From Gammaproteobacteria bacterium (GTDB lineage: Bacteria; Pseudomonadota; Gammaproteobacteria; GCA-001735895), in contig JBNKUM010000076.1 in NCBI GenBank assembly GCA_050298595.1, positions 32,001-96,000 on the forward strand: DNA of 64,000 bases, in the 5' to 3' direction. Shown piece after piece: positions 23,138 to 33,444 of the stretch. Under the pieces are notes generated by a model. It made no database searches, had not been told where the DNA came from, and saw nothing but the letters and a program-made list of their open reading frames with translations. Positions within the stretch are counted from its first letter, which is position 1, and each line of letters opens with the position of its first letter. The position numbers and the translations under genes are program-made.

Positions 23138-24999
23138 TGCTCCTGTTCTACATTTTGTTGGCGCTGACGCCCATACTGATATTTAAACTTGTTGCGTAAC
23201 AGACCACCTGGATCATCGGGTATACGCCTTAGCCATTGCGCCTCTGCCTGCTCTGTGAGACTCTGTTGCTGCTCTGCGTCAGTTAAGGGCCGGGTTGATT
23301 TAGCTTCCGGATTCTCTTTATTTTTCTGCTGATCAGTTTCAGCCTGTTTTTGCGCTTCTGCTTCCGCCTGCTTCTGTTGTTCAGTTTTGTCTACCTGAGA
23401 CTGGTCCTGCTGCTCACTCTGTTGATCTTGTTTCTGATCTTCACTGCTCTGCCCCTTTTGTTCAGAATTCTGTTGATCATTCTGTTCTGAGCCCTGTTCT
23501 GACTGCTGGTTCTGCTGGTTCTGGCTCTGCTGATCATTGCTCTGCTGCTCAGACGATTTATCAGACTGTTGCTGCTTATCTTCCTTTTCACCATCCCCCT
23601 GTTGCGACTGATCCTGCTGCTGTTGCTGTTGTTGTTTTAAAGCATCCTCAACCAGCTTACGGTTATAGCTGGCGTCTTCATTATTCGGATCCTTATTAAG
23701 TGCCTCATCGTATGCATCCAGAGACTCCTGAAGCTTTCCCAGTTTGGCCAGTGTGTTAGCACGATTGTAAATAGCATCCGACGATTGTTGTGTTTGCAGT
23801 TGTTGCAGCGCCTTATCGTATTCACCAGCTTTATAATGTGCGGCTGCTTTCCAGTCCTGATCTTTAAACAATTCTGCTGCCTGTTTACTATCCCCCTGTT
23901 GCAGGATTTCTGCAGCACGTTGGTCCTGATTTTTCCAAAGACTTTGCCAGCTCCAGCCATCATCCGCATGCAATGGTTGTAATGCAGGTAATACAAAAGC
24001 CACCAGGAAAACTGAAAGGAATAAACCCCGCCTAAAGGCTAATGCGGCAAGAGGCAACGCTAACAATAGTAACCAGGGCCCTTCTTCCTGCCAACGATCA
24101 GATTTAAAATCGGTTTTCTGGTTTTCAGCGTTGAACGCATTATCATTCAGCAAAGATTGCAATCTGGAGATATCGCCATCATCCAGCTTCATCTTCATAT
24201 ACAGACCACCTAACTCGGAGGCAAGTTGACGCAACTGATTTGTTTCGGTTTTTGCGATAACGATTGAGCCATCTGCATCCTTTACAAAACCGCCATCCGC
24301 TTTAGGGATTGGAGCGCCCTGCTCGGTTCCCACCGCCAGGATAGAAACGCGAATATTTTTTAAATCTATCTGATGTATCGCGCTTGCACTTTTGTCGTTG
24401 ATACCATCTGTAATCAATACAATATCACCACGCTTCACACCCGCATTTTCCAATAACTGTTTTGCATGCTGTATAGCCAGATCACTACGACTGCCCTGTG
24501 CAGGCATTATTTCGGTGGATAAACTGGACACCAGTGACTGGATGGTATCGCTATCGTCGGTCAGCGGACTAACCGTGTAAGGTGTACCGGCATAAGCAAT
24601 TAACGCAGTTTGCCCCTCTGCGCGCATCTTCAGGATATCGATCAACTTCAACTTAGCTCGGGCCAGTCGACCTGGTTTGATATCCTGCGCATTCATCGAT
24701 TGCGACAGGTCCAGCGCAATCACTAATGCAGACTGCTGTTTAAATACGGGTTGTTCTAACTTGTTCCACACCGGACCAGCTAGCGCAATAACCACTAGCA
24801 CGCTCAACAACAAAGCCACCCAGAACCACCAACGATTGCTGGTCTGTGTTTGATCACTGAGCAAATGTGGCAATAAAGGTGCATCGATAACTGCTGCCCA
24901 GTCGCGGCTAACTAATCTGCGTTTGTAGATAAAGAATGCTAGCACTGCAATCACTATCAACGCTAAAAACCACTCGGGTCGTAAAAACTGTATATTCAT
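23131..24999 (-). CDS. VWA plus TPR protein (BatB/BatC fusion) with Gln-rich linker
   Basis: MIDAS DLSQSM, SPLTDD, TDG, TPR (YNRANTLAKLG), WLRRIPDDPGGLL; ATG 24999 overlaps the upstream stop. Confidence 0.88.
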   Translation of the reverse strand: MNIQFLRPEWFLALIVIAVLAFFIYKRRLVSRDWAAVIDAPLLPHLLSDQTQTSNRWWFWVALLLSVLVVIALAGPVWNKLEQPVFKQQSALVIALDLSQSMNAQDIKPGRLARAKLKLIDILKMRAEGQTALIAYAGTPYTVSPLTDDSDTIQSLVSSLSTEIMPAQGSRSDLAIQHAKQLLENAGVKRGDIVLITDGINDKSASAIHQIDLKNIRVSILAVGTEQGAPIPKADGGFVKDADGSIVIAKTETNQLRQLASELGGLYMKMKLDDGDISRLQSLLNDNAFNAENQKTDFKSDRWQEEGPWLLLLALPLAALAFRRGLFLSVFLVAFVLPALQPLHADDGWSWQSLWKNQDQRAAEILQQGDSKQAAELFKDQDWKAAAHYKAGEYDKALQQLQTQQSSDAIYNRANTLAKLGKLQESLDAYDEALNKDPNNEDASYNRKLVEDALKQQQQQQQDQSQQGDGEKEDKQQQSDKSSEQQSNDQQSQNQQNQQSEQGSEQNDQQNSEQKGQSSEDQKQDQQSEQQDQSQVDKTEQQKQAEAEAQKQAETDQQKNKENPEAKSTRPLTDAEQQQSLTEQAEAQWLRRIPDDPGGLLRNKFKYQYGRQRQQNVEQEQW

Positions 25000-25982
25000 T
25001 GTTTCACCCCCCGGTATAAAACCAGCCCACCAGCAATTAACAGTGCCACAGCCAGAGGCCACATAAATAATGCCTTAATCGGCCGAAAGGTTTGACTCTC
25101 TACCTCCACTGGTTCTAGTTCATCCAGTTTTTTATAGATTTCACTGAGTGCTTCGGTATCGCGCGCGCGGAAATACTGACCACCAGTTTGCTGAGCTATA
25201 GCGGTGAGCGTTTTTTCATCCAGATCCTGTGATGGATTAACGCGCTGTCGACCAAAGAATGATTCGCGAATCATTTCATCTGCACCTATGCCAATGGTAT
25301 AAATCTTTAAACCATAATTAGCTGCTAATTCGGCAGCCTTCAAAGGAGCCACTTCACCTGCTGTATTCGCGCCATCGGTAAGCAGGATCAAGACCTTGCT
25401 ACTCTGTTCATTATCCTTTAATCGTTTGATCGCCAGACCAATAGCATCGCCGATTGCGGTTTCCTTACCCGCAAGGCCAATCGCGGATTCCATCAACAAT
25501 GTTTTAACGGTTTTTAAATCAAAGGTTAGCGGTGTTTGCAAATAGGCATTACGTCCAAATAAAACCAGTCCCATACGATCACCCTGACGCTTTTCGATAA
25601 AATCACCAGCCACGTATTTCGTCGCTGTTAATCGATCAACTGTTTTGCCCTGAATGCGAAAATCTTCTACCTGCATAGAGCCGGATAAATCCACTGCCAT
25701 CATCAGGTCACGACCACTGACCGGTAATTCAACGGGATCTCCAACCCACTGAGGGCGCGCTGTTGCTGTTACCAATAAAAGCCAGCAAACAACCAGCAGG
25801 ATGACACTGAAGATATGTTTACTGTGAGCCCCACTGGAAACATTTGACAGTGTTGAGAAATCCTCGATAAAGGGCACATTCAATGCTGCCTGCCTGTTTT
25901 CACTGGCAGCTGGAAAGCGATACCAGACTAATGCAGGTAAAGGTAGTAGTAGAAAAACCCAGGGCCAGCTGAACTCAAACAT
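24996..25982 (-). CDS. batA: BatA-like VWA-domain membrane protein
   Basis: DLSGSM, QTPLTFD, TAIGDAIG, LLTDG, YTIGIG, TGGQYFRA. Confidence 0.9.
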   Translation of the reverse strand: MFEFSWPWVFLLLPLPALVWYRFPAASENRQAALNVPFIEDFSTLSNVSSGAHSKHIFSVILLVVCWLLLVTATARPQWVGDPVELPVSGRDLMMAVDLSGSMQVEDFRIQGKTVDRLTATKYVAGDFIEKRQGDRMGLVLFGRNAYLQTPLTFDLKTVKTLLMESAIGLAGKETAIGDAIGLAIKRLKDNEQSSKVLILLTDGANTAGEVAPLKAAELAANYGLKIYTIGIGADEMIRESFFGRQRVNPSQDLDEKTLTAIAQQTGGQYFRARDTEALSEIYKKLDELEPVEVESQTFRPIKALFMWPLAVALLIAGGLVLYRGVKQ

Positions 25983-26493
25983 GCTGCACCTTAAGATTTG
26001 TTTTGTCTGACGGATTAGCGGGTAAGGCCTGTACCCAACTCCGAACTTGAGCGATTAATTGCTGTAGCAGATCTGCATCAATCTGTGGCTGTTTCTGGTA
26101 AGGCGCATTGATGAGAAGCTCAATCACGGACTCAGAGAAAGGATGCTTAGGCGTTAGTTGATTGATGTGCTGATACCATGCCTTACCGAGCAAACCCGCA
26201 TATTCTTCACGCGTCAGATAACTGATACCGATGCGGCGTATAGCCGCTGATAATTGCTGTAGCAGTAGAAGATCATTCTGCTGCTCAATATATGCATGCA
26301 GAACATGCTCAATCTCAGCTTTGGCACTTTTATTTAATTTAGGTTGCAGTAGCTTTCTAATCCCTATCACCAGAGCGGTAATAAGCAACAGACCAAGGAT
26401 TAATAATATCCACCAGCCAATAGCAGGAGGCCACCAGGATACGGCATCGGGTAAATGAATATCGCGTAGCGGCAGGCTATCCGTAGGATTCAC
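25975..26493 (-). CDS. DUF4381 family protein
   Basis: LPLRDIHLPDAVSWWPPAIGWW; GTG 26493 overlaps the DUF58 stop. Confidence 0.88.
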   Translation of the reverse strand: MNPTDSLPLRDIHLPDAVSWWPPAIGWWILLILGLLLITALVIGIRKLLQPKLNKSAKAEIEHVLHAYIEQQNDLLLLQQLSAAIRRIGISYLTREEYAGLLGKAWYQHINQLTPKHPFSESVIELLINAPYQKQPQIDADLLQQLIAQVRSWVQALPANPSDKTNLKVQHV

Positions 26494-27434
26494 GCAGCAC
26501 CTCGACCGAGCTTGCTCGCCTGGCGTAAAATCTCTAGCGGCGTTTGCTGAGTTGAAGCGGGGCGATAGGTTGCTCGATACTTCTGGCACAACTTCATCAG
26601 AAATTGTTGCTGCTCATCAAAACGCTGGTGATAGACCTTTTTCACCTGACTATCCGAGGCATTGACCTCTGCTTCTATGTGACCATCGGTTACCCGGTAA
26701 TTCCCCCGCTTAGGTAGCGTGCTTTCTAGCGGATCATAAACGTGTAGTAGCACAACTTCATTGTGTGCAGATAAATGCGACAGGGTAGATTCCAACTGCT
26801 CAGTCATATTACGGAAATCGCTGATCAGATAAATCAGACTGCCCGGACGGGTAACCTGTACCAGACGGTTTAGCGCATGCCGATCATCCTGTTTGGTATC
26901 GCCAGCATTACCCTTCACTGCGTGACTGAATTCTGACAGCTGTTTGATCAATCTGAGCACAGCTTTATTTCCTCGCCCAGGACGCAACTCCAGATGTCTG
27001 GAGTCGCTAAATAATAGCGCACCCAGACGATCTCCCTGCTGCATGGCTTTCCAGGAGAGTAACGCAGCCAGTTTGGCGGCTAGCACCGACTTAAAACAGA
27101 CACGTGTAGCAAAAAACATGGAGGCCCGAAAATCCACCCATAGCAATACCGGGCGTTCGCGCTCTTCTCTAAACACCTTGGAATGCGCCTTATTGGTACG
27201 TGCAGTTACACGCCAGTCCATATTGCGGATATCATCACCCGGCTGGTAAGGTCGAGATTCATCAAACTCCATGCCCCTGCCCTTAAAACGCGACAGGTAT
27301 TGTCCGCTCATGCTGGAGCGGATCTGGGCAGGTTTAAGTTTTAATACTGCCGCATCCGACTGTAAACCAATCAACGCTGACTGGCCGATATAAATCACAC
27401 CCTCATTGTTATCCATTACTGCGTCGTTTTTCAT
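26490..27434 (-). CDS. DUF58 domain protein (MoxR-associated)
   Basis: GRGMEFDESRPYQPGDDIRNMDWRVTART, EERERPV, ISDF. Confidence 0.93.
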   Translation of the reverse strand: MKNDAVMDNNEGVIYIGQSALIGLQSDAAVLKLKPAQIRSSMSGQYLSRFKGRGMEFDESRPYQPGDDIRNMDWRVTARTNKAHSKVFREERERPVLLWVDFRASMFFATRVCFKSVLAAKLAALLSWKAMQQGDRLGALLFSDSRHLELRPGRGNKAVLRLIKQLSEFSHAVKGNAGDTKQDDRHALNRLVQVTRPGSLIYLISDFRNMTEQLESTLSHLSAHNEVVLLHVYDPLESTLPKRGNYRVTDGHIEAEVNASDSQVKKVYHQRFDEQQQFLMKLCQKYRATYRPASTQQTPLEILRQASKLGRGAA

Positions 27435-27440
27435 GTGACT

Positions 27441-28409
27441 TTAGGGAACAGCAACCCGATTGATCAATTCATTAATATAGCGATCACTACTGATGCCCTC
27501 GGCTTCTGCCTCGAAACTGAGAATAATGCGATGTCGCATCACATCAAAAGCCATCAACTGGATATCGTCAGGTGTTACATAATCACGACCATCCAGCCAG
27601 GCATGCGCACGTGCACAACGATCCAGCGCAATACTGGCACGAGGGCTTGCACCATACTCCAGCCAGTGTTGAATATCCTGACCATAGGCTCCGGGGTTAC
27701 GGCTTGCCAGCACCAGCTGTAACAGGTATTGCTCCAGCGCTTCAGCCAGATGCACATCCAGCACTTCGTTACGCGCTGCGAATAAATCCGCCTGAGCAAT
27801 CTGCGGAGCATCGCCCGTTACAGGCTTTCCTTCATTACGCGCTTCACGACGGTTCAGCTCCAGGATTTTCTGCTCAGACGCCTCATCGGGATAATCGATA
27901 GTCACATGCATCAGAAAACGATCCAACTGAGCTTCGGGTAGTGGGTAAGTGCCTTCCTGCTCTAATGGATTTTGAGTTGCCATCACCAGAAACAGTTTTG
28001 GCAATTCATAGGTCCTGGTGCCGACGGTGATTTGCCGTTCGGCCATAGCCTCAAGCAATGCGGACTGCACCTTGGCAGGTGCACGATTGATTTCATCGGC
28101 CAGAATCAAATTATGGAATAAAGGCCCAGGCTGGAATTTGAAGGAACCATCCTGCGGTCGATAGATATCGGTTCCGGTCAGATCGGCGGGTAATAGATCA
28201 GGGGTGAACTGAACTCGGTGAAAATCACCCTCGATACAGTCACCTAAAATTTTGATTGCACGGGTTTTTGCTAACCCCGGCGCGCCTTCCACTAGCAAAT
28301 GACCATCTGCCAGTAAAGCAATCATCAGGCGGTTTACCAGTTTTTGCTGACCAATAATCTGGCTTTCAGCATACTGTTTTAACTGTTGAAATTTATTTTG
28401 TAACGACAA
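27441..28409 (-). CDS. moxR: MoxR family AAA+ ATPase
   Basis: EGAPGLAKT, QFTPDLLPAD, LADEINRAPAKVQSALLE, ATQNPLEQEGTYPLPEAQLDRF. Confidence 0.96.
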   Translation of the reverse strand: MSLQNKFQQLKQYAESQIIGQQKLVNRLMIALLADGHLLVEGAPGLAKTRAIKILGDCIEGDFHRVQFTPDLLPADLTGTDIYRPQDGSFKFQPGPLFHNLILADEINRAPAKVQSALLEAMAERQITVGTRTYELPKLFLVMATQNPLEQEGTYPLPEAQLDRFLMHVTIDYPDEASEQKILELNRREARNEGKPVTGDAPQIAQADLFAARNEVLDVHLAEALEQYLLQLVLASRNPGAYGQDIQHWLEYGASPRASIALDRCARAHAWLDGRDYVTPDDIQLMAFDVMRHRIILSFEAEAEGISSDRYINELINRVAVP

Positions 28410-28745
28410 CCGTATTTCCTCGTACAGTTTTTAGACGACAGGTTTGATAGTGACTCGATAAGATAGTTCCGGAAATTTTTTACTCAGCGAATTCCGCGCG
28501 CAAGGATAACAGGTCTGGGAAATTTTTTACCCACCTTAAATACCTTTTTCAAATTTACATGCGGCGAGTTTTTACCCATTTAAATTGCTGCGATAAGACT
28601 TTAATCAATGATCTTTGCAATTTATCTCTCCTGTAAGGCTCTCTGACTTGATAACAATATCATTTATGATAGTTTTGCCAACCACTGCGACAAGGACCCC
28701 TTTAAGGTGATACCCATCACCGAATTTGGCTGAGCACAGGGAGGA

Positions 28746-29636
28746 TTGAAGTATATTGAAAAGTCCTCGGAGGGTCTTTTGAGACGTAGTCACCCGCATG
28801 GCTTTAGAGTCATTATTAATGAGCGATACAACAGCTGCCTGATACCTGGGAAGCTTTTTTTATCACTACTGGCAGTTTGCACTTTGTTCTGGGAGGGGGC
28901 CGTATGGGCCCAACAGCCCTCTCTAGCAACACTACTACAGAGTAGCTACCTCGACGACTACTATAGCAATGTCGTGTTCGGTTACCGTATCGTCTCCGAG
29001 ACAGACATATACGGTGCCCGCTATAGCGGCAACCAGCTTAGATGTACCAACTGCCACCTCGATGCTGGCCGGAAAGCCGATGCTATCCCGCTCAATGTTG
29101 CCGGAATATATCCCAAATGGCGCAGTAAGAATGGCCAGCGCAATGGCATAGGCCTGCGTATACGAGAATGTTTTGTCTACAGCCTCAATGGCATCATGCC
29201 CCCAGAGGATTCACCGGAAGTACTGGCTGTCGCAGCCTACATCAGCTATCTATCCTATGGTCAGGTAATCGGTCAGGCGCCAGATGGACGCGGTGTACCC
29301 ACGCTGCCGGATACAGGCTTTGACCCAAACCCCACTAACGGCAAGACTGTTTATCTCGACCATTGCGCCAGTTGCCACGGAAACAATGGAGAAGGTGTTT
29401 CAACCATACCGCCACTATGGGGCATGCAGTCTTATAACCATGGCGCAGGTATGACAGATGTGGAAAAAGCAGCCGGTTTTATCTGGGCCAACATGCCGCT
29501 CGGTAAGGAGCGCTCACTATCCCATCAACAGGCCAGGGATGTAGCCGCCTATATCAATATGCAAATCCGTCCCGGTGATCCGCGCAACAGTAAGCTAATC
29601 AAGCTGTTAGAGCAGATTTCAGGTTTGTTTCAATGA
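28746..29636 (+). CDS. tsdA: Diheme c cytochrome, thiosulfate dehydrogenase TsdA family
   Basis: CTNCH and CASCH; RIRECFVYSLNG (catalytic Cys position); PPLWG..SYN.GAGM; ANMP; signal-like segment ending AVWA; exact start uncertain. Confidence 0.78.
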   Translation: MKYIEKSSEGLLRRSHPHGFRVIINERYNSCLIPGKLFLSLLAVCTLFWEGAVWAQQPSLATLLQSSYLDDYYSNVVFGYRIVSETDIYGARYSGNQLRCTNCHLDAGRKADAIPLNVAGIYPKWRSKNGQRNGIGLRIRECFVYSLNGIMPPEDSPEVLAVAAYISYLSYGQVIGQAPDGRGVPTLPDTGFDPNPTNGKTVYLDHCASCHGNNGEGVSTIPPLWGMQSYNHGAGMTDVEKAAGFIWANMPLGKERSLSHQQARDVAAYINMQIRPGDPRNSKLIKLLEQISGLFQ

Positions 29637-31255
29637 AGATTTCAGGCATAGCCAAATTCGGCATACTGGATGAGATATGGCCCTGGAAGCCATCCCCCCT
29701 TGATCGAAACACTATCAGTGTAGAGGTTTTCGGCGCCCTCACCGGAGCACTACTGGTGATCCCTCAGGGCATAACCTTTGCCTACCTGGCAGGCCTGCCA
29801 CCAGAATACGGCATCTATACCGCGGTTTTTGTTACACTTTTTGCCAGCCTGTTCGGCTCAAGCTCTATGCTGGGCGGCCCAAACACTGCGGTAGCCATCC
29901 TTATCGGAATAACCGTAACACCTTTTGCGGGCAGCGGGAGTCCGCTTTATATCGATCTGGTATTGCTATTAAGCCTTATGGTAGGTCTCATTCAATTACT
30001 GATCTGGCTGGTCAGAGGAGGCAAATACTTTCAGTACCTGAGCCCTGCCGCAGTAACCGGAATCACAGTCGGAGTTGGAGTGATTCTGATCTTTTCATCG
30101 CTGGATGGCATGCTGGGTCTTTCGCGTTTTAGCACTACGTTCTTCTTTCAAAAACTTTACCTGCTCGTCTCTGACAGCGAAAACCTGATCAATCCATACA
30201 GCTTTAGCATCGCTCTCATCACCGTCATCAGTGGCCTGCTAGCCCGGCGTTATACTACCAGATACTCGATTCTGATCGCCATAGGTAGCGGTTACCTGAG
30301 TGGACTGTTAATCATGGGGAGTTTTACCCAGGTAGCATCCGAGATAGAACTGCTCGGTCAGATTTCAGTACAACTACTTCCACTATCTCATCCTAAACTG
30401 GACCTGGAATATCTGCTGCTTGCAGTCGCCATGCTACCCAATGCACTCGCCATTGCCCTGATTGGCATGGCCCAGTCGATGGTCATTGTCAAACACCTGC
30501 GCACAACTACCGATCAGGAGATTAACATCAACAAAGAGGTTTTTGCGCAGGGAATATCCAATCTTCTGGCTCCATTTTTTTCCAGCTTTGCCGGTTCAGG
30601 CAGTTTCAACCGAACCGCAATAAACCAGGCCATGGGGGTGAAGACCCCGTTGGCCGGCATCCTTTCTGGATTTATTGCCATGGCTTTGATGATCAGTCTG
30701 GGGGCACTATTGAGTCATCTACCGATGGCGGTTATTTCGGGCACCCTGATGCTGGTAGGCATAGGGATGATAAAAATCCGGGAAATAATGCGCCTGATCC
30801 CATGGAAAGGAGAGCTTGCAGTATTTGCTCTGACACTGTTCAGTATTGTTTTTCTGGGTTTACAGGCCGGACTGATGGTTGCACTACTGCTCTCTATCTT
30901 GATGTTCCTACTAGCAGCCTCCAGATTGAAGATAGAACTTTCACAATTGCCGAATGCTTTCCGAATACAGGTTGAAGGCCATCTATTTTATGCCTCTATC
31001 GATCAACTCAGCACCCCTTTTAAGCAGCATCGTGAGGAAGATGTGGTACTGGACCTGAGCATGGTGACTTATCTCGACCTTTCAGCTACCGAAGCAATCG
31101 TACGTGAGCTGCATCATCGCGACAGGCATAAAACAACACTGCGCATTATCGTCAAGTCGCAAAAGCTGATGGACCAGCTTGAGCCTGCTCTGCAGGAAAT
31201 GGCGGTGATTTTTATTCAGGATCGGCGAGATATAAAACACGAGCGACGGAATTGA
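29633..31255 (+). CDS. SulP/SLC26 anion transporter with STAS domain
   Basis: IPQGITFAYLAGLPPEYGIY, GGP, NKEVFAQG..N, SGSFNRT, STAS (GHLFYA, LDLSMVTYLD); ATGA overlap with tsdA. Confidence 0.93.
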   Translation: MKISGIAKFGILDEIWPWKPSPLDRNTISVEVFGALTGALLVIPQGITFAYLAGLPPEYGIYTAVFVTLFASLFGSSSMLGGPNTAVAILIGITVTPFAGSGSPLYIDLVLLLSLMVGLIQLLIWLVRGGKYFQYLSPAAVTGITVGVGVILIFSSLDGMLGLSRFSTTFFFQKLYLLVSDSENLINPYSFSIALITVISGLLARRYTTRYSILIAIGSGYLSGLLIMGSFTQVASEIELLGQISVQLLPLSHPKLDLEYLLLAVAMLPNALAIALIGMAQSMVIVKHLRTTTDQEININKEVFAQGISNLLAPFFSSFAGSGSFNRTAINQAMGVKTPLAGILSGFIAMALMISLGALLSHLPMAVISGTLMLVGIGMIKIREIMRLIPWKGELAVFALTLFSIVFLGLQAGLMVALLLSILMFLLAASRLKIELSQLPNAFRIQVEGHLFYASIDQLSTPFKQHREEDVVLDLSMVTYLDLSATEAIVRELHHRDRHKTTLRIIVKSQKLMDQLEPALQEMAVIFIQDRRDIKHERRN

Positions 31256-31270
31256 TGCAAACTTCACAGC

Positions 31271-31301
31271 AAAAAAAAGCCCCACTAATGCGAGGCTTTT
31301 T
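31271..31301 (-). terminator. Rho-independent terminator after rpmA (probably bidirectional)
   Basis: Minus strand AAAAGCCTCGC-ATTA-GTGGGGC-T8. Confidence 0.75.
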
Positions 31302-31322
31302 ATTCCTAAACAGTGTTAGCTG

Positions 31323-31580
31323 TTAAGCAGTTACAACATTGACGAAGGTACGATTGTCTTTACCTTTAACTTTGAATTCAACATTGCCGCCAGCTTTAGC
31401 ATACAGAGTATGATCTCTGCCACAGCCAACATTTTCTCCAGGGTGGAATTTAGTACCACGCTGACGAACCAGAATATTTCCAGGAACTACGACTTCACCG
31501 CCGAATTTTTTAACACCCAGGCGTTTTGACTGTGAATCGCGACCGTTGCGGGTAGAGCCCGCCGCTTTCTTATGTGCCAT
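31323..31580 (-). CDS. rpmA: 50S ribosomal protein L27
   Basis: [26 protein letters not shown]. Confidence 0.99.
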   Translation of the reverse strand: MAHKKAAGSTRNGRDSQSKRLGVKKFGGEVVVPGNILVRQRGTKFHPGENVGCGRDHTLYAKAGGNVEFKVKGKDNRTFVNVVTA

Positions 31581-31595
31581 AGTTTAGTACCTTAC

Positions 31596-31907
31596 CTATG
31601 CCTTGATTTTGCTAATTTGGATTTCAGTATAGCTTTGACGGTGACCCATCTGCTTACGATGATGCTTACGGCGACGAAATTTAACAATTTCTACTTTCTT
31701 GCCGCGACCATGAGATACGATTGTTGCAGTGACCAAACCTTTATCTAGTTCAGGAGTGCCGACCTGAATATTCTCGCCATCAGCAATCATTAAGACCTGA
31801 TCCAGTTCAACTTCAGAACCTTCTTCGCCTGCAATTTTCTCTACTTTTAACGTCTCACCTTCGGTGACACGGTACTGTTTTCCGCCAGTAGCGATGACAG
31901 CGTACAT
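31596..31907 (-). CDS. rplU: 50S ribosomal protein L21
   Basis: [21 protein letters not shown]...GHRQ. Confidence 0.99.
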   Translation of the reverse strand: MYAVIATGGKQYRVTEGETLKVEKIAGEEGSEVELDQVLMIADGENIQVGTPELDKGLVTATIVSHGRGKKVEIVKFRRRKHHRKQMGHRQSYTEIQISKIKA

Positions 31908-31946
31908 TCTGATATTACTCCAAACCGATCTTGAAAAAGGGCGCAG

Positions 31947-31975
31947 ATTTTATATGCCAAACCCAGTAAGGTCAA
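31947..31975 (-). promoter_or_regulatory. sigma70 promoter of rplU-rpmA
   Basis: TTGACC-17 bp-TAAAAT then CTGCGCCC discriminator. Confidence 0.7.
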
Positions 31976-32079
31976 TGCTTTTAACGCCTAAAATATCGAC
32001 TTTCACCCATTATTCGGGCTGTTTTATCAGCTTTACACAATAAGAAGGTCAAATAACCGCGGCTAATCTACACCTATAT

Positions 32080-32143
32080 ATAAGTCAGGTCTATCAATAT
32101 ATAGAGAGATACGCTTGCGCAAAAACCAGACTACAGTTAATCT
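32080..32143 (+). promoter_or_regulatory. Putative sat promoter with upstream LysR-type T-N11-A site
   Basis: ATA-N9-TAT dyad at 32080-32094; TTGCGC (32115)-17 bp-TAATCT (32138). Confidence 0.45.
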
Positions 32144-32213
32144 GCCCGCCATTTTCGGACATTCCCGCCAGCACGCGGCTCAAGACTATCACTTATAAAT
32201 GGAGGACTCCTCA

Positions 32214-33401
32214 ATGATAAAACCAGTCGGCTCAGACGAGTTACAACCGCTTTTCGTATACGATACCGATCAGCATCATCAGCTGATGCATGAAGCAGAA
32301 ACCCTGCCCTCTGTCACCATTAGCTCACAGGCCGCAGGCAATGCTGTGATGATGGGAGCCGGTTACTTCAATCCCCTTAAAGGCTTCATGAATGTAGCTG
32401 ATGCCATGGGTGCAGCTGAGAAAATGACCCTCAGCGATGGTTCATTCTTCCCTGTTCCTGTTTTATGCCTGCTGGAAAACACTGATGCTATCGGCGATGC
32501 AAAACGTATTGCCCTGCGTGATCCTAATATGGAAGGCAACCCGGTACTGGCCATTATGGATGTCGAAAATATTGAAACCGTCAGCGACGAACAAATGGCG
32601 ATTATGACCGATAAGGTTTATCGCACTAATGATTCTGAGCATCCAGGCGTTGCAGCATTCAACGACCATGGTCGTGTGGCTGTTTCTGGTCCTATCCAGG
32701 TACTGCATTTCAGCTATTTCCAGGATGACTTCCCTGACACCTTCCGTACCGCAGTTGAAATCCGTAATGAAATCAAGGAGCGCGGCTGGAGCAAGATTGT
32801 TGCCTTCCAGACCCGTAACCCGATGCATCTGGCACATGAAGAACTGTGTCATATGGCTATGGATAGACTAGGCTGTGATGGCCTTGTTATCCACATGCTA
32901 CTGGGCAAATTGAAACCCGGCGATATCCCCGCCCCTGTGCGTGACGCTGCAATCCGCAAGATGGTAGAGTTGTACTTCCCACCCAATAGCGCCATGGTTA
33001 CCGGTTATGGTTTCGATATGCTGTACGCAGGTCCTCGTGAAGCCGTACTACATGCCTACTTCCGCCAGAACATGGGTGCCACCCATTTCATCATTGGTCG
33101 TGACCATGCGGGTGTTGGTGATTACTATGGTGCATTCGATGCACAAACCATCTTTGAAGAAGAAGTACCTGCTGGTGCAATGGATATTGAAATCTTCAAG
33201 GCTGATCATACTGCCTGGTCCAAAAAACTGGATAAGGTTGTGATGATGTGCGAAGCACCTGATCATGAAAAAGAAGACTTTGTACTGCTGTCCGGTACCA
33301 AAGTACGTGAGATGCTGGGCAATGGTATTGCGCCACCGAAAGAATTTTCACGTCCTGAAGTAGCTCAGATTCTGATCGACTACTACCAGTCACTGAACTG
33401 A
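32214..33401 (+). CDS. sat: Sulfate adenylyltransferase, homo-oligomeric type of sulfur oxidisers
   Basis: AFQTRNPMHLAHE, MLYAGPREAVLHA..RQN.GATHFIIGRDHAGVG, LSGTKVR, EFSRPEVA; GGAGGA RBS before ATG 32214. Confidence 0.97.
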   Translation: MIKPVGSDELQPLFVYDTDQHHQLMHEAETLPSVTISSQAAGNAVMMGAGYFNPLKGFMNVADAMGAAEKMTLSDGSFFPVPVLCLLENTDAIGDAKRIALRDPNMEGNPVLAIMDVENIETVSDEQMAIMTDKVYRTNDSEHPGVAAFNDHGRVAVSGPIQVLHFSYFQDDFPDTFRTAVEIRNEIKERGWSKIVAFQTRNPMHLAHEELCHMAMDRLGCDGLVIHMLLGKLKPGDIPAPVRDAAIRKMVELYFPPNSAMVTGYGFDMLYAGPREAVLHAYFRQNMGATHFIIGRDHAGVGDYYGAFDAQTIFEEEVPAGAMDIEIFKADHTAWSKKLDKVVMMCEAPDHEKEDFVLLSGTKVREMLGNGIAPPKEFSRPEVAQILIDYYQSLN

Positions 33402-33444
33402 GTGCGTGAAGGAAACATTCTGATGAATAAACATCAGTAAAAAG

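Noticed and set aside
23250-23640. CAG microsatellite or contingency locus
   Set aside because: Explained by the Gln-rich linker of the BatB/C protein with mixed codons
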